Counted from the first letter of the stretch, positions 32,282 through 44,322 are shown. The stretch: DNA of 64,000 nt from Mantamonas sphyraenae STR306 (GCA_026936335.1 JAPMXV010000054.1:186001-250000); one strand, 5' to 3'. Program-made: numbers and translations. The notes: generated from the letters alone by a model not told the origin.

Positions 32282-34675
32282 ATGCGCCCCACTGTCCTGT
32301 GCAGGCCTGCTGCCTGTCTGGCACTCATTCTACTGATTGCCTGTGTGTGTGTGCATGCGTCTGCAGAAATTGGTACCGCAGGGGGCGAGCTGGTGCACGT
32401 GGAGCCTCCCAAGGTGGCCCTGATCAGCATTCCCTTTTCCTGCGTCCTCACCATCCCGGCATACGTCAACCACACTCTGTGGCCTGCCCAGCTGCCCATT
32501 GCCGTGCGCAACAACCACACCGGGGCCCTGCTGACCAACGTGACCATGCAGACGGCTGCCAACGGCCTGCCGCTGCAGACGACGACGATCACGCTGACGT
32601 TGCCCACAGCCGGTCCGCACACGTTGCGCTTCGACCTGCGCAGCCCCAGCGGCCAGCCACTGTCGGTCACCGCCGATGTGTACACTGTGCCTGGCTGGAC
32701 CTCGCTTGTGTCGCCGCTGCTGACCATTGTGCTGGCCATTGTGGTCAAGAATGTGCTTGTGGCGCTCTTTCTGGGCACCTTTCTCGCATGCTTCTTCATC
32801 TACAGCTACAACCCACTGGTGGCCCTGCTGCGTACTTTGGACACGTATTGGATCTTTGGTTTCCGCGATGGCAACCATGCACCGGTGCTGCTGTTCACGT
32901 TTCTGCTCGGCTCCACCATCGGCCTGGTCTCCAAGAGTGGAGGTGCCATGGCCTTTGGACGCATGGTGTCACGCTATGCATCCAGCCAGACCTCGGCCAA
33001 ACTCATGTTGCTTGCCTTTAGCACCGCCGTGCTCGTGGACGACTACACCAGCATCCTCCTCGCAGGCAACATCTTCAAACCCATCATGCGCGACATGGGT
33101 GTGGCCCCGCAAAAGTTTGCCTTTCTGGTGCACACCTACGGCTCATGTCTTGCCTCGTTCTCGCCCGTCTCCTCCTGGACCGGCGTGGAGTTGGGCTACC
33201 TGACCTCCACCTACAAGGCCATGGGTGTGGAGCTCGACCCGTTCCTGGTCTTTCTCCAAACCATCCCCTATCGCTTCTTCCCACTCCTGGCCATCCTCTT
33301 TCTGTGGCTCAACACCCTGCTGCGTCGCGACCTGGGGCCCATGTGCACCGCGGAGCTGGAACACCGCCGTTCCCGGGAACTCCTCGACCCCGGCTATGGA
33401 CACCTGAAGCGTGGCAATGGCAACGATGATGACACAGACGAGGTCCAGGATGTGTTGCTGAGCCACGGACGCACCATGGGAACGACAACAACCTCGACGA
33501 CGACAACGCCGCTGCTGGATGACGACGACGACGACGATGATGATGAGGAGGACGGGGATGGGGATGGGGATGGAGGGCGTGTGGGACGCGGCAAGAACAA
33601 CCACAAGTCCGCGGGCGTGCAGACAGAGGACGATGGGCCTCTTGTGCCGTTGCCAGGGACGCCGCAACGTGCGTACAACGCGGTGATCCCGTTTGCGCTG
33701 CTGATTGGGGTCACTGTAACAGGAATGGTGCTGACGGGCATTGCCCAGGTGAATGCGTTGAACGCAGGGGTGGCCAAGGAGGCGCAGGTGCCCCTGGATG
33801 TGATCAACGTGTTTAGCAACAGCAACGCAGTGTCCTCGCTGCTGTGGGCTTCCTTTGCCGGGGCATCTGTAAGCATGCTGCTTGTACGTGCACAGGGCAT
33901 GATGGACCTCATGGATGCCATGGAGGTGTTTGTGGAGGGGGCCAAGGACGTGTTGGAACCCGTCTTTCTGCTGTCGCTGGCCTGGGCACTGGGCCAGGCC
34001 ATCAACGACACACAAACGGCAGAGTTCCTGATTACCTTTTTGGGCAGCAAGTTTCCCAGCGGTATTCTGCCGCTGCTGGTCACTGTGTTTGGCTTCCTGC
34101 TTTCCTTTGCAACGGGCAGCTCGTTCGGCACACAGGGCATCATGTTTCCGCTGTGCCTGCCTCTGGCACGCGGTCTGGGCCAGCACTTGGGTGCAGACGC
34201 CGCCAACGATCTGATGGTGCAGACGGCCGCCGCCATTTTTAGCAGCTCCGTGTTTGGCAACGTGGCGTCTCCCATTGCCGACAACACGGTGCTGTCGTCG
34301 CTGTCCACCGGGTGCAGCATCAGCGACCACGTAAGCAGTCAGGCGCCGTATCTGTTGCTTCTGGCCGTGGTCTCCAGCGTGTTTGGCGTCCTGCCAGCCG
34401 GTCTGGGATGGTTCCCACCCACCGTCGGTTTGCTCCTCTGTGCGGGCGTCCTCGCTGGCGTCTTGCTGCTCCTGGGACGCAACCCGGGCCAAATGAGCCT
34501 CGACGAGGCTCAGGCGTCGGAAGGACAGGGGCCCGTGGCATCCATCCGCAACTGGTGGCAGCGGACCGTACGCCGCCAGCAGGGCCAGGATGGACATCGC
34601 CGCAACGACGAGAGAGTTGACTATCATGCCGTGAATGTGGAGGGACTGCCCACTTCGGCGCATGGAATACAATGA
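32282..34675 (+). CDS. NhaC-family Na+/H+ antiporter-like membrane protein with a signal peptide and N-terminal soluble domain; intronless
   Basis: WTSLVSPLLTIVLA, KSGG, VDDYTSILL, SPVSSW, SFATGSSFGT.GIMFP, FGNVASPIADNTVLSS..GC...DHV.SQ.PY. Confidence 0.85.
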   Translation: MRPTVLCRPAACLALILLIACVCVHASAEIGTAGGELVHVEPPKVALISIPFSCVLTIPAYVNHTLWPAQLPIAVRNNHTGALLTNVTMQTAANGLPLQTTTITLTLPTAGPHTLRFDLRSPSGQPLSVTADVYTVPGWTSLVSPLLTIVLAIVVKNVLVALFLGTFLACFFIYSYNPLVALLRTLDTYWIFGFRDGNHAPVLLFTFLLGSTIGLVSKSGGAMAFGRMVSRYASSQTSAKLMLLAFSTAVLVDDYTSILLAGNIFKPIMRDMGVAPQKFAFLVHTYGSCLASFSPVSSWTGVELGYLTSTYKAMGVELDPFLVFLQTIPYRFFPLLAILFLWLNTLLRRDLGPMCTAELEHRRSRELLDPGYGHLKRGNGNDDDTDEVQDVLLSHGRTMGTTTTSTTTTPLLDDDDDDDDDEEDGDGDGDGGRVGRGKNNHKSAGVQTEDDGPLVPLPGTPQRAYNAVIPFALLIGVTVTGMVLTGIAQVNALNAGVAKEAQVPLDVINVFSNSNAVSSLLWASFAGASVSMLLVRAQGMMDLMDAMEVFVEGAKDVLEPVFLLSLAWALGQAINDTQTAEFLITFLGSKFPSGILPLLVTVFGFLLSFATGSSFGTQGIMFPLCLPLARGLGQHLGADAANDLMVQTAAAIFSSSVFGNVASPIADNTVLSSLSTGCSISDHVSSQAPYLLLLAVVSSVFGVLPAGLGWFPPTVGLLLCAGVLAGVLLLLGRNPGQMSLDEAQASEGQGPVASIRNWWQRTVRRQQGQDGHRRNDERVDYHAVNVEGLPTSAHGIQ

Positions 34676-34748
34676 TGGATGGTGCTAATGTTGCATTTTG
34701 CATTGTGGTTGAGCTGCGCCCATGGTTGGGCGGTGAGCATTTGCTCAC

Positions 34749-36323
34749 TTACGGGAGCGACGAGGTCTTCCACAGGACAATCTTGCCATCGACACCGGTG
34801 GTGGAAAAGGCGCAGTCGTCGAGGGAGCCCGTGCCGAGGGGCACAAGGCAGCTGATGGAGTTCTGGTGCTTGGTCTTGAGCTCGGTATCGTCAGAGCTCT
34901 TCTGGCCACGCGAGGCCTGCTGCTGGAACATCTTAAAGGCAGCCGAGGTGCCGGTCTCCTTCTTGGCCTCCTTCTCGGCCTCCTGCTTGTCGACGACGCC
35001 GACCTCGACGGCGCCCTCGGAGGAGACGTTGAAGAGGACCGGGTTGCAGTCGTAGCCCGCAGCGACAAGGCTGGAGCCGTCGTTGATGAACTGGATGGTG
35101 CGGAAGGGCAGGTACTTGGTCTTGGTCTTGATGGCCGAATCCGGAGTGGCGACGTCGGGCACGTAGGTGACGGACGAGTCGTGCGAGGCATAGGCCAACG
35201 AGTTGCCGTCGGGCGAGAAGCGAACGCTGTGCACCCAGCTGGTGTTTGTGTCGTAGGTGGCCAAGCACTCGCCAAAGGGCGCAGGCTTCTTCTCAAAGAA
35301 CGGCGTGCTGCCCTTCTTGTCCACACCACGGATGGCAGCCGAAAAGATGCGGGCCTTGAAGTCGGAGGAGCCTGTGGCCAGCAGCAGGTTGCTGGGGTGC
35401 CAGTCAACGGACAGCACCGTGCTGCCGTGCTTCTTGATGTGCTTGGACACCCACCAGTCGTTGTCCTCCTCAAAGTAGCACACCGACACGCACTTGGCGC
35501 CCGAGCCGACGGCAAACTTGTCCTCTGTGTACATGGATGACGTGTGTGTGTGTGTGTCTGCGTCAGAATGGCCGTGCGTGTGTGTTTGGGGCGGGGGAGT
35601 GAAAAGAGGGAAATGGACGATCTGCACACGAGCGTGCTCCAGCTCGCCGACGACGTACCCTTGGGGCTCCACTTGACGCAGGTTGCGCAGCGGTTGAGAC
35701 GGAGGATCACGAGAGTGGGGCGCCAGGCACCCTCCTGGAACTCCCTGTGGGTGTTGAAGAGCAGGGGAGCAGGGGAGCGGGCCGTCGTGAGCATGACGAA
35801 AAAGAGGGCGGTGGAGGGGAAAATTGAAAAAGGGGCCGGCCGGGAGGGCCGGCTGGGAGAAGCAGCGTACCACACGTAGGCGTTGCGGTCCTGCGAGCAC
35901 GAAACAATGCGGTTGGTCTCGGGAGCCCAGTCAAGGCCCGTGATCACCTGGTCGTGCTGTGGGCGGTGAGAGCGCGTGTGCAGGAGAGGCGTGTGAGTGT
36001 GAATTCGTGTGTGATCGTCGTCGTCGTCGTCGTCGCTCGTCTGCGGACGTTGTCGTAGTGCACGTACCTCCTTGAGCTCGTACAGCTTGTTCCACACACC
36101 GGGACCCTTCTTGTACACGTGGATCTCGTTGTTGTTGGGGCAGACAGCCAGCACTGCGAGGAGGGGCAAGGGTTGGGTGTTGGGGAGAAATGAGGTGTTA
36201 GTCCAAAGGCCCGTTGCCGGCCCGAGACGCAGGGGCTGGATGGGCAGACGACGTACTGGTGCGGTCCTTGTTCCATGCATGGCAGGTGATGGTTTCTGCG
36301 AGTTGCTTCTTCTCACTGCTCAT
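34749..36323 (-). CDS. ARPC1: Arp2/3 complex subunit 1 (p40, WD40), multi-exon
   Basis: ITCHAWNKDRT, LAVCPNNNEIHVY, LDWAPETNRIVSCSQDRNAYVW, PTLVILRLNR, KFAVGSG..VCYFEEDNDWWVSKHIKK, HQNSIS, FSTTGVDG. Confidence 0.95.
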
Positions 36324-36529
36324 CTGTATCTACTTGTGCTTGGTTCGATTGCGTGGGACAGCGCAGGCATGTGCATGTGTGTGTGCCACGCCCCTTGGAA
36401 GGACAAAGGCAGACACATGCCACACAGATGAGAATGGCTGTACACGTGTGAAGGACACATTGACCGACGCTGTGTGGGCATGGATTTGGGCGCCTGCTCG
36501 AAAGCAGCCAACCCTTTTCGAAACCGGCC

Positions 36530-38395
36530 ATGGACGACCAGGAAATCCAGTTCCAAATCGACGATGCTCAGCAGTTGATGGTGAGCATTTCGGACACGGA
36601 AACCAAGTATGACGAGAACGCCAAGGTGGGTGAAAGGTGGGCGGTGGACGGACTTTCCGTCGCGTCGCCGTTAGCAAAGAGGACGCCTGCGCAAAGACAC
36701 AGGAGTGCACATCCCCTGCGTCGTACGCTGGCACAGCGTGCGTGTGTGTGTGCGTGTGTGTGTGTGTATATGTGTGTGGTGTGTGTGTGTGCGGGAGGGA
36801 TGGTGAGAGAACGAGCAGAGGGCCGGCGGAAAATCGCAAAGCGGGCGGCAGCGAGGAAGCAGTGCTGAAAAAAGAGGCGTTGGGCCCGGAAATGAGCGTG
36901 TTTTGAAGCTGACCCCAGGATGCACACGACAGGCGTACACGGTGTACAAGATTCAGGTGCGCAAGGGCTTTTCGTCCTGGTTTGTGTACCGCCGCTACAG
37001 CGAGTTTGTGTCGCTGAACCGCAAGGTAAGGGGCCGCCGGGAAGAGGGCAGGTTTGCCACTTTTTGGGCCCGTCCGCTCAGCGTGGCCGGAAGCGGGGCA
37101 CAGATGGCTGACACGAGAAAGGGGCACTGTGCGTGCAACACATACACACACGCACACGCGGGATGGCACACGTGTAGCTGAGCAAGATTGCAGACAAGTC
37201 GACAAAGAAGGACTTGAGCCTGCCCAAGAAAAAGGTGCTGGGCTCCATGTCGGCCAAGGTGATCGACGAGAGGAAAGAGGGCCTCCTGAACTACCTGGTG
37301 GTTGCATCGTCGGACTCTGAGATTGTCAAGTCGGAGGAGCTGTGGGACTTTTTGGGCTACGAGCCGCAGAGCGACTCGGGGGAGAAGAAGGTGGACATTG
37401 AGGACTTTGACCTGCTCAACGTGCTGGGCCGCGGCTCGTTCGGCAAGGTGATGCTGGCGCGCAAGAAGGACAACCAGAAGCTGTATGCAGTCAAGGTGCT
37501 GAAGAAGCAGGACATTGTGGAGGGCGAGGTGCTGAAGCACACGCAGTCGGAGAAGCATATCCTGCAGTCGCTGCAGTCGCCGTTCCTGGTGGGGCTGGAG
37601 TATTCGTTCCAGTCGGACGACAAGCTGTACATGGTGCTGGACTACATCTCGGGTGGCGACCTGTTCTTCCATCTGCAGAACGAAAAGTTTGACGAGGAGC
37701 GTTCGCGCTTCTACGCGGCGGAGATCATCCTTGCGCTGAAGTACCTGCACGAACACGGCATTGTGTACCGCGACCTGAAGCCCGAAAACGTGCTGCTGCG
37801 CGCCAACGGCCACCTGTGCCTGACGGATTTTGGCTTGTGCAAGGAGGGCATGGAGGACAACCAGCGCACGAGCACGTTCTGCGGCAGCCTGGAGTACATG
37901 GCGCCCGAGGTGTTGGAGTACAACGACTACAGCTACAGCGTGGACTGGTGGGGACTGGGGATTGTGCTGTACATGATGATTACGGGTCGCCATCCGTTCT
38001 ACCACAGCAACCAGGAGGAGATGTGCAAGCGCATCCTGACCTCGGAGCTGCGTTTCCCGTCGTCCGTGTATGTGTCCAAGGAGGCCAAGGATGTGCTGCT
38101 GGGCCTGCTGCACAAGGATCCCAGCAAGCGCCTGGGCTGCACCCAGGACGGCGCCGCCGACCTGATGGAGCACCCGTTCTTTGACGGTCTGGACTTTGAC
38201 GAACTGACGCAGCTGGGCATCGAGCCGCCCTTTGTGCCCAAGGTGGACGACGAGGAGGACGTCAACAACTTTGACCCGGAGTTTACGCAGGAGCCTGCCG
38301 TGCTCACCCCGTCTGAGACGTCTCATCTGGACAGCAAGATCCAGGATGCGTTCCAGGGATTCACCTATGTCACAGACAGTGTGCTGAAGGAGTGA
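36530..38395 (+). CDS. PX-domain AGC protein kinase (SGK3/Akt-like), multi-exon
   Basis: PX motif VYRRYSEF; kinase motifs LGRGSFGKV, YRDLKPEN, DFG, TFCGSLEYMAPE; AGC tail NFDPEFT..FQGFTY. Confidence 0.9.
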
Positions 38396-38597
38396 GCGGA
38401 GTGGGGAAAGGGAGACGGCGGCGAGGATTCGGGAAGAGAGAGAGAGTGGAAGAGAAGAAATGGATCCCACGAGAGGAATGCCACGGTGTTTTTGGGATTT
38501 GGGACGTGGATGGGTTTGCAGCTGGCTTGTGGATCAGTTGGGAGTGGGAGTGGCGGATTGTGTGGGGGCCGCGTGGTGAGGCACCCGAACAAACGCC

Positions 38598-39301
38598 ATG
38601 AGCAGCAGCAACAGTGGAAAAGACCGCAAGAAATATGATCGCCAGCTCCGGTGAGTGGCACAGGGAGGTGGAGACCGGGTGTTGGAGGGCGCACACTGAC
38701 ACGGGGAGGGCGGCGGCTCAGCATCTGGGACGACCATGGACAGGACGCCATCGAGGAGGCTCGCGTGCTGCTGCTGAACGCGACAGCCACGGGATCCGAA
38801 ATCCTGAAGAACCTTGTGCTGCCTGGTAGGTTTGCAGTGGGCAAAGGCGGTGGCCACAGCCGAACAGAGGGGTTGGGGTGCACACACGTCGTTTTGTGCG
38901 GTTTCCGGCAAAAGGGGCGTGTTTGCGACGGCACAGGATTTCCCCTCCCGGTTCGGCGGGCGGCGGACGCATGCACACGCAGCTGCGAGGTCGAGGGTGC
39001 ATACGCATGGGCTGGCACTGACACGGCACACGTGTGAACCGGGTTGCAGGTCTGGGCTCGTTTCACATCATTGACAACAAGGAGGTGACGCACGACGATC
39101 TTGGCAACAACTTTTTCGTCACCAAGTCGGATCTGGGCAAGAGCCGCGCAGAGACAGTGACGAATCTGCTGCTGGAAATGAACCCGGACGTGGCAGGCGC
39201 GTTCTCGCAAGAGGTAAGGCAGCAGCGAGTGCGGGTGAGAGGAATTCAGGGGGCAAGACGGGGAGTGGAGGCTTACACAGGCGTGCGGGAACGGGGGAAC
39301 G

Positions 39302-39345
<44 letters not shown>

Positions 39346-40620
39346 GATTCGCAGGACCCCGAGGAGGTGATTGCTGGTGAGACGTCGCTGTTGGAGGGCT
39401 ACTCTGTGATTGTGGCGTGCAACCTGCAGCCAGCCCACTTTTTGACGCTGGCACGTTGGGGAGAGGCAAACGACACGCCGGTGGTGCTTGCGCAGGCCAA
39501 TGGGCTGGTGGGTCGCATCCGACTGTTCTGCGGAGAACACACGGTGGTGGAGAGCAAGCCGGACGACTACCACCCGGATCTGCGTCTGCGGGACTCGTTC
39601 CCTGCATTTGACGAGTATGTGGCATCGTACGGCGACATCGACTCGCTGGAGGCAGAGCCACACAGGGAGGTGCCGTACGCGGTGCTTCTGAAGTACCTGA
39701 TGGACCAGTACGTGAGCGAGAACGGTGGCAAGTATCCACAGAGCAGCGCAGAGAAGGACGCCTTCAAGGCGTTCATCCGCAACAAGAGCAAGAACATGTT
39801 TGATGAGGACAACTTTGCAGAGGCGGTCAAGAAGGCGTTTCTTGCGTGGATGCCGTACGAGATCCCGAGCGAGGTCAAGGCAATCCTGGAGGACGACAAG
39901 GTGGGCAAGGTGGACGCAGACACGCCTGTGTTCTGGGTGCTCGTGTCTGCCATCAAGCAGTTTGTGGACAACGAGGGTGAGGGCAAGCTGCCTCTGAACG
40001 GGTCGATTCCGGACATGTTTGCGTCGACGGACAACTACGTGTCGCTGCAGAAGCTGTACAACGCAAAGGCGGCCGAAGACATTGCAGCCGTGCAGGCGTA
40101 CGCAGATGCGCTGTGCGAAGCGGCTGGACGGCCCAAGGTGGAGCGCGTGGTGACGAAGCGGTACTGCAAGAACAGCGCGTTTATGCAACTGCTGCGCTAC
40201 AAGCCGCTGGAGCAGGAGTATGCAGCGGAGGAGTTTGACGTGGAAGGCTTCAACATGCAGGTGATGATGGCGGAGTTTATGGGCAAGAACGTGTTTTGGT
40301 ATGCGGCATACCGGGCGCTGGACGCGTACGTGCAGAGCAAGGGCAAGGTTGCAGACGCAAGCGATGAGGGACGCGCAGGTATGGTGGCCATGCTCAAGGA
40401 GTGGCTGGGCAGCGTGGGCGCAGACCAGGAGAGCGTGCCGGAGGACTATGCGGTGGAGATGGCCCGCTACCAGGGCGTGGAGCTGCACAACATGGCAGCC
40501 ATGCTCGGCGGCGTCGGCGCACAAGAGATCCTCAAGATTGTGACGCACCAGTTTGTGCCGTTCAACCACACGCTGATCATCAACGGCGTGGAGGGCAGCA
40601 GCTCGACATTCAACTTTTGA
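38598..40620 (+). CDS. NAE1: NEDD8-activating enzyme E1 regulatory subunit (APP-BP1/Ula1), multi-exon
   Basis: KYDRQLR|[79 protein letters not shown]. Confidence 0.93.
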
Positions 40621-41126
40621 AGAGGGTGGACAAGAGCGAGTGGAGGGACGCGCGGGAGGACGGGAGACGCAATGCAGGGAGTTTGGACGGCGAATTGCCA
40701 CGCTTTTCATTGGGGAGGGGTGTGACCGTGTGTGGGGCTGGAACAAGGCCGGCAGGGCGTGGCGAAAGGACGGGAGGGGCGGTGCATGCAGACGGCGGTG
40801 GAAAGCGGGCGAAAAGGTATTGGCAGGGATAAGCACACTGTATGCACAAACGGAGGTGATGTGTGTGTAGGGTGGGTCCGCCAGAGGCTGGGAGTAGGGA
40901 GGTGTAGGTGCACCTGGTGACCGGCAAGGCCCACGGGCGTGCGAAACGCCATCGAACAGCCAGTCAAAGTAGCACACCGTTGTTCTGCGATTCCCCTAAG
41001 CACCGTGTGATCACCACGCCGTCTCAAGGAGGGGCGCTCTCACCAAGCGACTCTAACATAGGGGCTCGGTTGATGTATTTTTAATGACTTTGAGCAGCGG
41101 GCGCCCACCCTGGCACCCATTCCACA

Positions 41127-42309
41127 ATGAGCAGCACCAACGGCATGGACATCGAAAGCAGCAACGACACTGCAGGCGAGGGGAGCATCAACTCGTCGGA
41201 GCAGACGCAGAAGAAGCAGCGCACAGACGCAGACTTTCGCGTGGCGGTGATGGGCCAGGGGGCGTTTGGAGCAGAAGTGCTGAAGGAGCTGATTGCGCTG
41301 GACGAGGTGCAGGTGGTAGGCGCGAGTGCACCCGAGCCGAAGGAAGGTGGCAATGCGGACCCTCTATGGGCAGCAGCTAGCGAAGCGGGTCTGCCGTGCG
41401 TCGACACGCGCAGTCTGAAGAAGGAAGAGGGGATGGCTGCCTGGAAGGAGCTTGATCTGGACCTGTGTGTGATGGCCTTTGTGACGTACGTTTTGCAAAT
41501 GGGGCCCTGTGTTTGAGTTGCGACGGGGGCCTATGTGGGGAGCGTGAGCACACGCGGGGAATGCGTGTGTGTGGTTCGCAGGGCGTTGACACGGAAAAGA
41601 GGGCGGTCGTCAACACCACAGGGTGATCATCCCGGACGAGGCGCTGCAGTACCCGCGCCAGGGAACGATCCAATACCACCCTTCGCTGTTGCCGCTGCAC
41701 CGAGGGGCGAGTGCCATTGGATGGAGCATCCTGCTGCAGGAGAAACAGACCGGGTACACGGTGTTCTGGCCTGATCACGGCCTGGACACAGGGCCGATCC
41801 TGCTGCAGGAGACGGTGGACATTGGGGCGGACGACACGACGGCGTCATTGTACTTTAGCCAACTGTTCCCCATGGGAGTCAAGGGCATGGTGAAGGCCAC
41901 CCTTCAGGTGCGAGACGGAACGGCAGAGCGGGTGGAGCAGGATCACAGCGTGAGCACGTACGAACCCATCCTGCGCAAGGCTCAGGCCAAGATCGAATGG
42001 TACCAACCTGCAGACCGTGTGTATGCGCTGATTCGTGCGTGCAACTCGCAGCCTGGTGCGTGGACGCCGTACGGCGGGGAGGACGGCGTGCTGAAGATCT
42101 TCACCTGCAAGTTGCTGGAGCAGCAGGTGGATGGCATGTACGGCACAGTGTTGGACATCAACACCGACCCGCAGGAGGGTTACTTTGACGTGCGACTCAA
42201 CGGCGGCACTCTGCGCGTGCAAAAGGTCCAGGTGCCGGGCAGCAAGAAGGTCAACGCGGGCGCATGGGCTGGCGAGGAAGGTTTGGAGGTGGGATTCCGC
42301 TTCAAGTGA
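41127..42309 (+). CDS. Stand-alone formyltransferase (Fmt / 10-formyl-THF dehydrogenase hydrolase-domain-like), one intron
   Basis: VAVMGQGAFGAEVL, MAFVT, YHPSLLPLHRGASAI, GYTVFWPDHGLDTGPILLQ, IRACNSQPGAW. Confidence 0.85.
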
Positions 42310-42395
42310 AACTGTAGAGTGGATGTGTGAGCAAGGGGAGGAAGGGAGGGGGGCGGATGGGATGTGCGGGGCGGGCCCTGCCGAATCAAAAACAA

Positions 42396-43520
42396 ATGGA
42401 CAAGGACGAGGAGATCGAAGTCATTGCCATAGACGGGGGGGATTTGGAGGAGGTGGAGGTTGCAGACGACGGATTAGAAGACATGGTGGAACGGGTGGGC
42501 ATGCTGGTGGGCATGGAGGGCAGCCACAGGGTGGAATGGGGAGAGCTGGACGCCGTGGGAGTACACATGGTGGGTGCGCGGCAGGACAGTGAGGCGTGTG
42601 TGAAGGAAGCAGAGGCACACGGCCTGATGGATACCGAGGCACTGTGTGGGTTTGTGGCTGTGGCTGTGGCGGAGAAGGTGAGCGCTTGGTTGAGCGGCTT
42701 GAGCAGCTTTGAACGGGTTCCGGTGGTGACGGCGTACGACGTGGCACAGCTGCTGTGTGTTTTGGAGGACGAAAAGTGGATGGGCACACAGGTGGGTGAG
42801 TGCATGGACAAGGTGGTGGCACGGCGACGGGAGGGGGCCGAAAGCGATTCGTCCTTGGAGGAGCTGGGTGAGTGTATGGCCATCTACGAGGTGAGCGACC
42901 ACGTGCGCGAGCTGGCAGATCCGAGGATGCATTTTGTGCGCAGCAGCATGGCAGGGATGGGTCTGGAGGATGGCGAGCAGGTGAGCAAGGAGGAAAAGCA
43001 GAGACTGCTGGCTGAGGATGGCTTGTTTGCCAGTGGCAGCGTGTTTGTGGAGCGCAGCGAGCCACACGCGCTGTTGACACCCGCCAATTGGGTGTGTGAC
43101 AGGCAGGCGGGCTTCAGTGTGAGCGCGCAAGGGGGTGCAGGCGCAGGGACTCACGGGGGCCTGACACAGCACGGCGAGAGTGTGCTGAACAGCAGCGCCG
43201 GCGCACAAGAGGAGACACAGGAGGAGGGCCAAGAGCTTGAAGGCACACTGGAGATGGTGGACTGCACAGGGGCTGTGTTTATCCTGCAACTGGCCAACCA
43301 CTTTGCGGTGGCTTTGCCCCTCGTGCTCCTGCATGCCACCCTGGACGGGGACTATGCCTACACTCGCTGTGTATTTGTGTTGGATAGTCGCGAGGAGGAC
43401 GGCGCCGACGTGCTTCAGTGGCCTGTGGTTGCCGAGGTGGCTGCAATGGCCTTTGGCGTGCAGCAAGACGAATCGGTGCCCGGGAAGAAGAGCAGGGACA
43501 CGGGCCTGATGTTCCTGTGA
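42396..43520 (+). CDS. Hypothetical acidic protein
   Basis: 375-codon ORF with host-like codon usage; no motif recognised. Confidence 0.55.
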   Translation: MDKDEEIEVIAIDGGDLEEVEVADDGLEDMVERVGMLVGMEGSHRVEWGELDAVGVHMVGARQDSEACVKEAEAHGLMDTEALCGFVAVAVAEKVSAWLSGLSSFERVPVVTAYDVAQLLCVLEDEKWMGTQVGECMDKVVARRREGAESDSSLEELGECMAIYEVSDHVRELADPRMHFVRSSMAGMGLEDGEQVSKEEKQRLLAEDGLFASGSVFVERSEPHALLTPANWVCDRQAGFSVSAQGGAGAGTHGGLTQHGESVLNSSAGAQEETQEEGQELEGTLEMVDCTGAVFILQLANHFAVALPLVLLHATLDGDYAYTRCVFVLDSREEDGADVLQWPVVAEVAAMAFGVQQDESVPGKKSRDTGLMFL

Positions 43521-43563
43521 CGAAAGATACAGTTTTGGTTGGGCGTCACATTGATTAATGCCA

Positions 43564-44322
43564 TCACCAATTCACAAGCTGGTCGCCATCGTCGTCTTGC
43601 TGCCCGCTTTGCCCACTCTCTGCAGCCAGGTCACCCTGTTGGCCGGTGCTGGTCACCGGAAAGTGTGTCGGTGTGACAAACGACACGTCTGACGGTGCAA
43701 CAGCCACCGTACGCTGCTGCTCCTGCTCCTGTTCAATCTTGAGCAAGGGAAGGTGCCATCGATCCAGGTTGAAATCGTCGGCCACAATGCCGTAGAAGGA
43801 GGAGACCAAGGCCACGAAAGCGAGCACCACACAGGGCAATGAAAAGGTGATGAAGAACACGCTGAGGGCCATGGCATGGTTGTACATGAGCGCGGACGGT
43901 GTGCCAGGCGTACACACAGTGGGCACCAACAAGGCACCTGTGAGGCCCAGTGACAGGCAGCCACCCACCCACAGAATGGCTATGCACAGTCCAATGGACA
44001 TTTGAAATGCATACGACGCCGAGCCGGCGTACGGGCGCAGCAGCGGAATCAGCAGCACGGCAAGCAGCGTGCCCACGCACGCCACCGCCACAGCGACCAC
44101 CTCCCAGCCGACAAGAAACACAATATAGATGGCAATGTACAAGCGGGTGAGTCCCCAGCAACGGTCTGTGCCCAGGGGAGGGTATTGGGAGCGTTCCCCG
44201 AGCGACAATGGATGCACCTCGGAGGTCCTCCAAATCACAATCCACCACTCGATAAGGTACGCCAGGGCGCCCAATGCAATGAAGCACAGACTGACACCCG
44301 ATACTTTGGCGGGCCAAGCCAT
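43564..44322 (-). CDS. Hypothetical multi-pass (~4 TM) membrane protein
   Basis: Four long hydrophobic segments followed by a polar tail. Confidence 0.6.
   Translation of the reverse strand: MAWPAKVSGVSLCFIALGALAYLIEWWIVIWRTSEVHPLSLGERSQYPPLGTDRCWGLTRLYIAIYIVFLVGWEVVAVAVACVGTLLAVLLIPLLRPYAGSASYAFQMSIGLCIAILWVGGCLSLGLTGALLVPTVCTPGTPSALMYNHAMALSVFFITFSLPCVVLAFVALVSSFYGIVADDFNLDRWHLPLLKIEQEQEQQRTVAVAPSDVSFVTPTHFPVTSTGQQGDLAAESGQSGQQDDDGDQLVNW

Noticed and set aside
38365-40977. 870-aa minus-strand ORF, and similar long antisense ORFs such as 27615-29300, 33143-34672 and 60624-62411
   Set aside because: These are shadow frames of GC3-rich genes on the opposite strand, with no motifs of their own.
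40620-41126. Possible tRNA, riboswitch or ncRNA in the long intergenic gap (GGCGT-gcgaa-ACGCC hairpin; GTTCGAT on the minus strand)
   Set aside because: No cloverleaf or recognisable consensus could be built; only short hairpins typical of GC-rich DNA.
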